Shown here piece after piece: positions 61,340 through 64,000 of a DNA stretch of 64,000 bases. The notes under the pieces were generated by a model. It worked only from the letters and a program-made list of their open reading frames with translations. It was not told the DNA's origin and did no database searches. Location of the stretch: NCBI GenBank assembly GCA_002269645.1, contig NIVC01002600.1, positions 1-64,000 of the forward strand, given 5' to 3'. The translations under genes were made by a program, and so were the position numbers. Source of the stretch: Macrostomum lignano. Taxonomy: Eukaryota. Numbering within the stretch: the first letter of the stretch is position 1; every line of letters begins with the position of its first letter.

Positions 61340-61610
61340 TTATTAATAATAGTGTAATTGTATGCATAGTATCTAAACTGTGTACCGACTTACTGTCATT
61401 TGCCTTATTGTATTGCGCGGCGCATCTGAAGGCTGCGTACGGCTGTTCAGTCCAAGGACTGGAGGGGTCGCCACACAGCCTCAATTACCTCAGCTAATGC
61501 TGGCTCCCATTTTACAGCTGGGTGAACTGAAGCAATGCAGAGTTAAGTGTCTTGTCAAGGACACAAATTGTTCCGGGCGAGTCGAGAATCGAACCCCCGA
61601 CCTTTTAGAA
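61340..61610 (-). mobile_element. tRNA-derived SINE with CORE-like central domain (5' truncated)
   Basis: Minus strand GGGGGTTCGATTCTC (B-box) then GTGTCCTTGACAAGACACTTAACTCTGCATTGCTTCAGTTCACCCAGCTGTAAAATGGG, resembling the MIR/CORE motif GTGACCTTGGGCAAGTCACTTAAC...CTGTAAAATGGG. Confidence 0.65.
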
Positions 61611-62029
61611 AGCTAGGAAAAAACGAACCAACGCAAAATTCAACAGGTGTTTTTATAATCAAAAACGCCAGAAACCGAAACAATGAAAAAACAGTTCTTG
61701 ATGCCATTTTATACGCTTTACAGTCTACTGTATTCAGTAATATAATGAAGACATTTTCGCAGGCCTAACAACAGTGCAATAAAGTGATCTTAAAACAGCT
61801 GCAGAAGCAGTTCAGAGTGCTGATGATTCAGCCAATTTATAGTCATGCTAAGCGCTTGTGCGTGTGGGAGCATAATTAGGGCGTAATAATTAGCAGGGAA
61901 GTATTAAGCGCCGTGCTTCTTAATTATGGTAGTTAAATTTAAACAAAATAAAGCCATGGCATAACGCAGTGACTTTGCAGTGGAAATGCTTTGCCTATTG
62001 GGTAGATTGGAAATCTCACTCCTAGGAAA

Positions 62030-62700
62030 TCTCAGCCCTGAATATCTTCGAAAATCTTAAAATTGAAAATCTCACCCTCCAGGAGACTTACTAGATCGGA
62101 AATCTCATCCCGATGACTTACTAGATCGGAAATCTCACCCCAGGAGACTTACTAGATCGGAAATCTCCCCATAGAGACTTACTAGATCGGATATCTCCCC
62201 ATAGAGACTTACTAGATCGGAAATCTCATCCCGAAGACTTACTAGATCGGAAATCTCACCCTCCAGGAGACTTACTAGATCGGAATCTCATCCCGAAGAC
62301 TTACTAGATCGGAAATCTCACCCTGGAGACTTACTAGATCGGAAATCTCATCCCGAAGACCTACTAGATCGGAAATCTCACCCTCCAGGAGACTTACTAG
62401 ATCGGAATCTCATCCCGAAGACTTACTAGATCGGAAATCTCACCCCTGGAGACTTACTAGATCGGAAATCTCACCCCTGGAGACTTACTAGATCGGAAAT
62501 CTCACCCCTGGAGACTTACTAGATCGGAAATCTCACCCCTGGAGACTTACTAGATCGGAAATCTCACCCCTGGAGACTTACTAGATCGGAAATCTCACCC
62601 CTGGAGACTTACTAGATCGGAAATCTCATCCCGAAGACCTACTAGATCGGAAATCTCACCCTCCAGGAGACTTACTAGATCGGAATCTCATCCCGTAGAT
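62030..62700 (+). repeat. 31-bp minisatellite GACTTACTAGATCGGAAATCTCACCCCTGGA
   Basis: Direct reading. Confidence 0.95.
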
Positions 62701-63299
62701 TCCCTATCTGACAAAGGAAAACAACAAAGTTAAAGAGCGAAGAAGCTGGATGGAGAGAGAGCAGAGCACCGAACGGGATTCAAAAGAGAGGGGGGGGGCG
62801 TTTAGGCAATCGGAAAAGATGCGATTACACAATAATAACAATAACAGTTGACCAACTCTCATTCTGCTCGATCGCAAGTCAAAACAGGCTACTGAATAAA
62901 ATGACCGATGAGTAGTGCGCGCTGAATATGATAAGAAAATAGCTCGCAGTAAAAATAGATAACTTTCTTTTATAGATATTATATAGTAAAGCAATTATAA
63001 TTGCTGAAGCGGAAAGGCTGCTTTCCGAGACGGGACAGAGTGGCGGGTGCTGATTGAGGAAAGACCGTTCCAAGAGATAAAAAAGCCATTGTTTAACCAA
63101 GCCGACATGCTACAGGCTGCAGGCGGCATCAGGTTAAATAAGGCGCCGAGATACAAGGCAAAACTGGGGACCCAAGTGGCGCAATGGAAGCTCTAGCATT
63201 GAGCTGTGTCTCTGGCTCTCAGTATTCGGTGACAAAAATTGATAGAACAGAGAAATCAGTGCTGATCCATCAAAATAATTGTTTATAGAGAAATCTACT

Positions 63300-63830
63300 G
63301 CGTTAGATTAGCAATCCACTTTAATCCAATTGGATAGATTAGCAATCCACTTTAATCCAATTGTATAGATTAGCAATCCACTTTGATCCAATTGGATAGA
63401 TTAGCAATCCACTTTAATCCAGTTGCCTAGATAAGCAATCCATTCTAAACCAGTAGGCTAGATTAGCAATCCACTCTATTGGCTAGATTAGCAATTCACT
63501 CTAATCAACTCTAATCCAGTTGGCTAGATTAGCAATCCACTCTATTGGCTAGATTAGCAATTCACTCTAATCAACTCTAATCCAGTTGGCTAGATTAGCA
63601 ATCCACTCTATTGGGTAGATTAGCAATTCACTCTAATCAACTCTAATCCAGTTGGATAGATTAGCAATCCACTCCAATCCTGTTGCCTAGATTAGCAATC
63701 TACTCTAATCCTGTTGGATAGATTAGCAATACACTATAATCCTGTTGGATAGATTAGGAATCCACTATAATCCAGTTGGATAGATTAGCAATCCACAATA
63801 ATCCTGTTGGCTAGATTAGCAATCCATTTC
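63300..63830 (+). repeat. About 31-bp repeat GGATAGATTAGCAATCCACTTTAATCCAATT, related to the 36710-37518 array
   Basis: Direct reading. Confidence 0.92.
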
Positions 63831-63933
63831 CCAGTTGCTCCCAACCCTCAGAGACACAGAGAACCATATCAGCATCTTCATCGCTTCCCCTGCACCTTAT
63901 CGGCAAGTTCTGTGAGTCTCCTGACCACCGCAG

Positions 63934-64000
63934 TGAGCGACAGCTTGGCTCCGGCCGACAGCGGCAGCAGCGGGAAGCCTGGCCGGCCGCGGTCGGCCAG
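63934..64000 (+). other. Possible start of a GC-rich exon of a further gene, cut by the window edge
   Basis: CTCCTGACCACCGCAG acceptor-like site then GC-rich open frame (SDSLAPADSGSSGKPGRPRSA); too short to identify. Confidence 0.25.

Noticed and set aside
63781-63800. AATCCACA FoxH1-type site (Nodal-Pitx enhancer analogy)
   Set aside because: A single variant unit within a minisatellite; no cluster was seen in the Pitx introns.

Overview
Eukaryotic (animal) genomic DNA, not prokaryotic: short GC-rich exons with GT-AG introns, with roughly half the window (my rough sum is about 32 kb) occupied by about 40 different tandem-repeat arrays. The style resembles a Macrostomum-like flatworm genome, but this is inference and not confirmed. 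Four + strand spliced genes could be rebuilt by hand with consistent splice phases: the 3' half of a RagC/D GTPase (5971-7536), a TMX3-like CGHC thioredoxin membrane protein (13850-18848, 498 aa), an insect-type laccase/multicopper oxidase with all four Cu motifs (24214-34311, 683 aa) and a Pitx K50 homeobox gene (50291-60436, 428 aa). Mobile DNA comprises two kinds of Penelope-like retroelement (a GIY-YIG fragment inside a (GA)n tract, and an RT+GIY-YIG copy in tail-to-tail inversion with a second copy in Pitx intron 2), each with a minimal hammerhead-ribozyme motif, plus two tRNA-derived SINE-like elements and LINE/transposase remnants. Almost all long ORFs in the supplied track are artefacts of stop-free repeats. 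The most interesting signals are: (i) every intron longer than about 150 bp carries its own minisatellite, usually pressed against a splice site; (ii) unit lengths cluster near multiples of the helical repeat (10, 20-21, 31, 42, 51 bp); (iii) a sense-strand hammerhead core sits in the loop of a long inverted repeat in the Pitx pre-mRNA; (iv) candidate cis-regulatory multimers surround Pitx (TAATCC cluster, nuclear-receptor DR4 array, TTCTTAGAA arrays).
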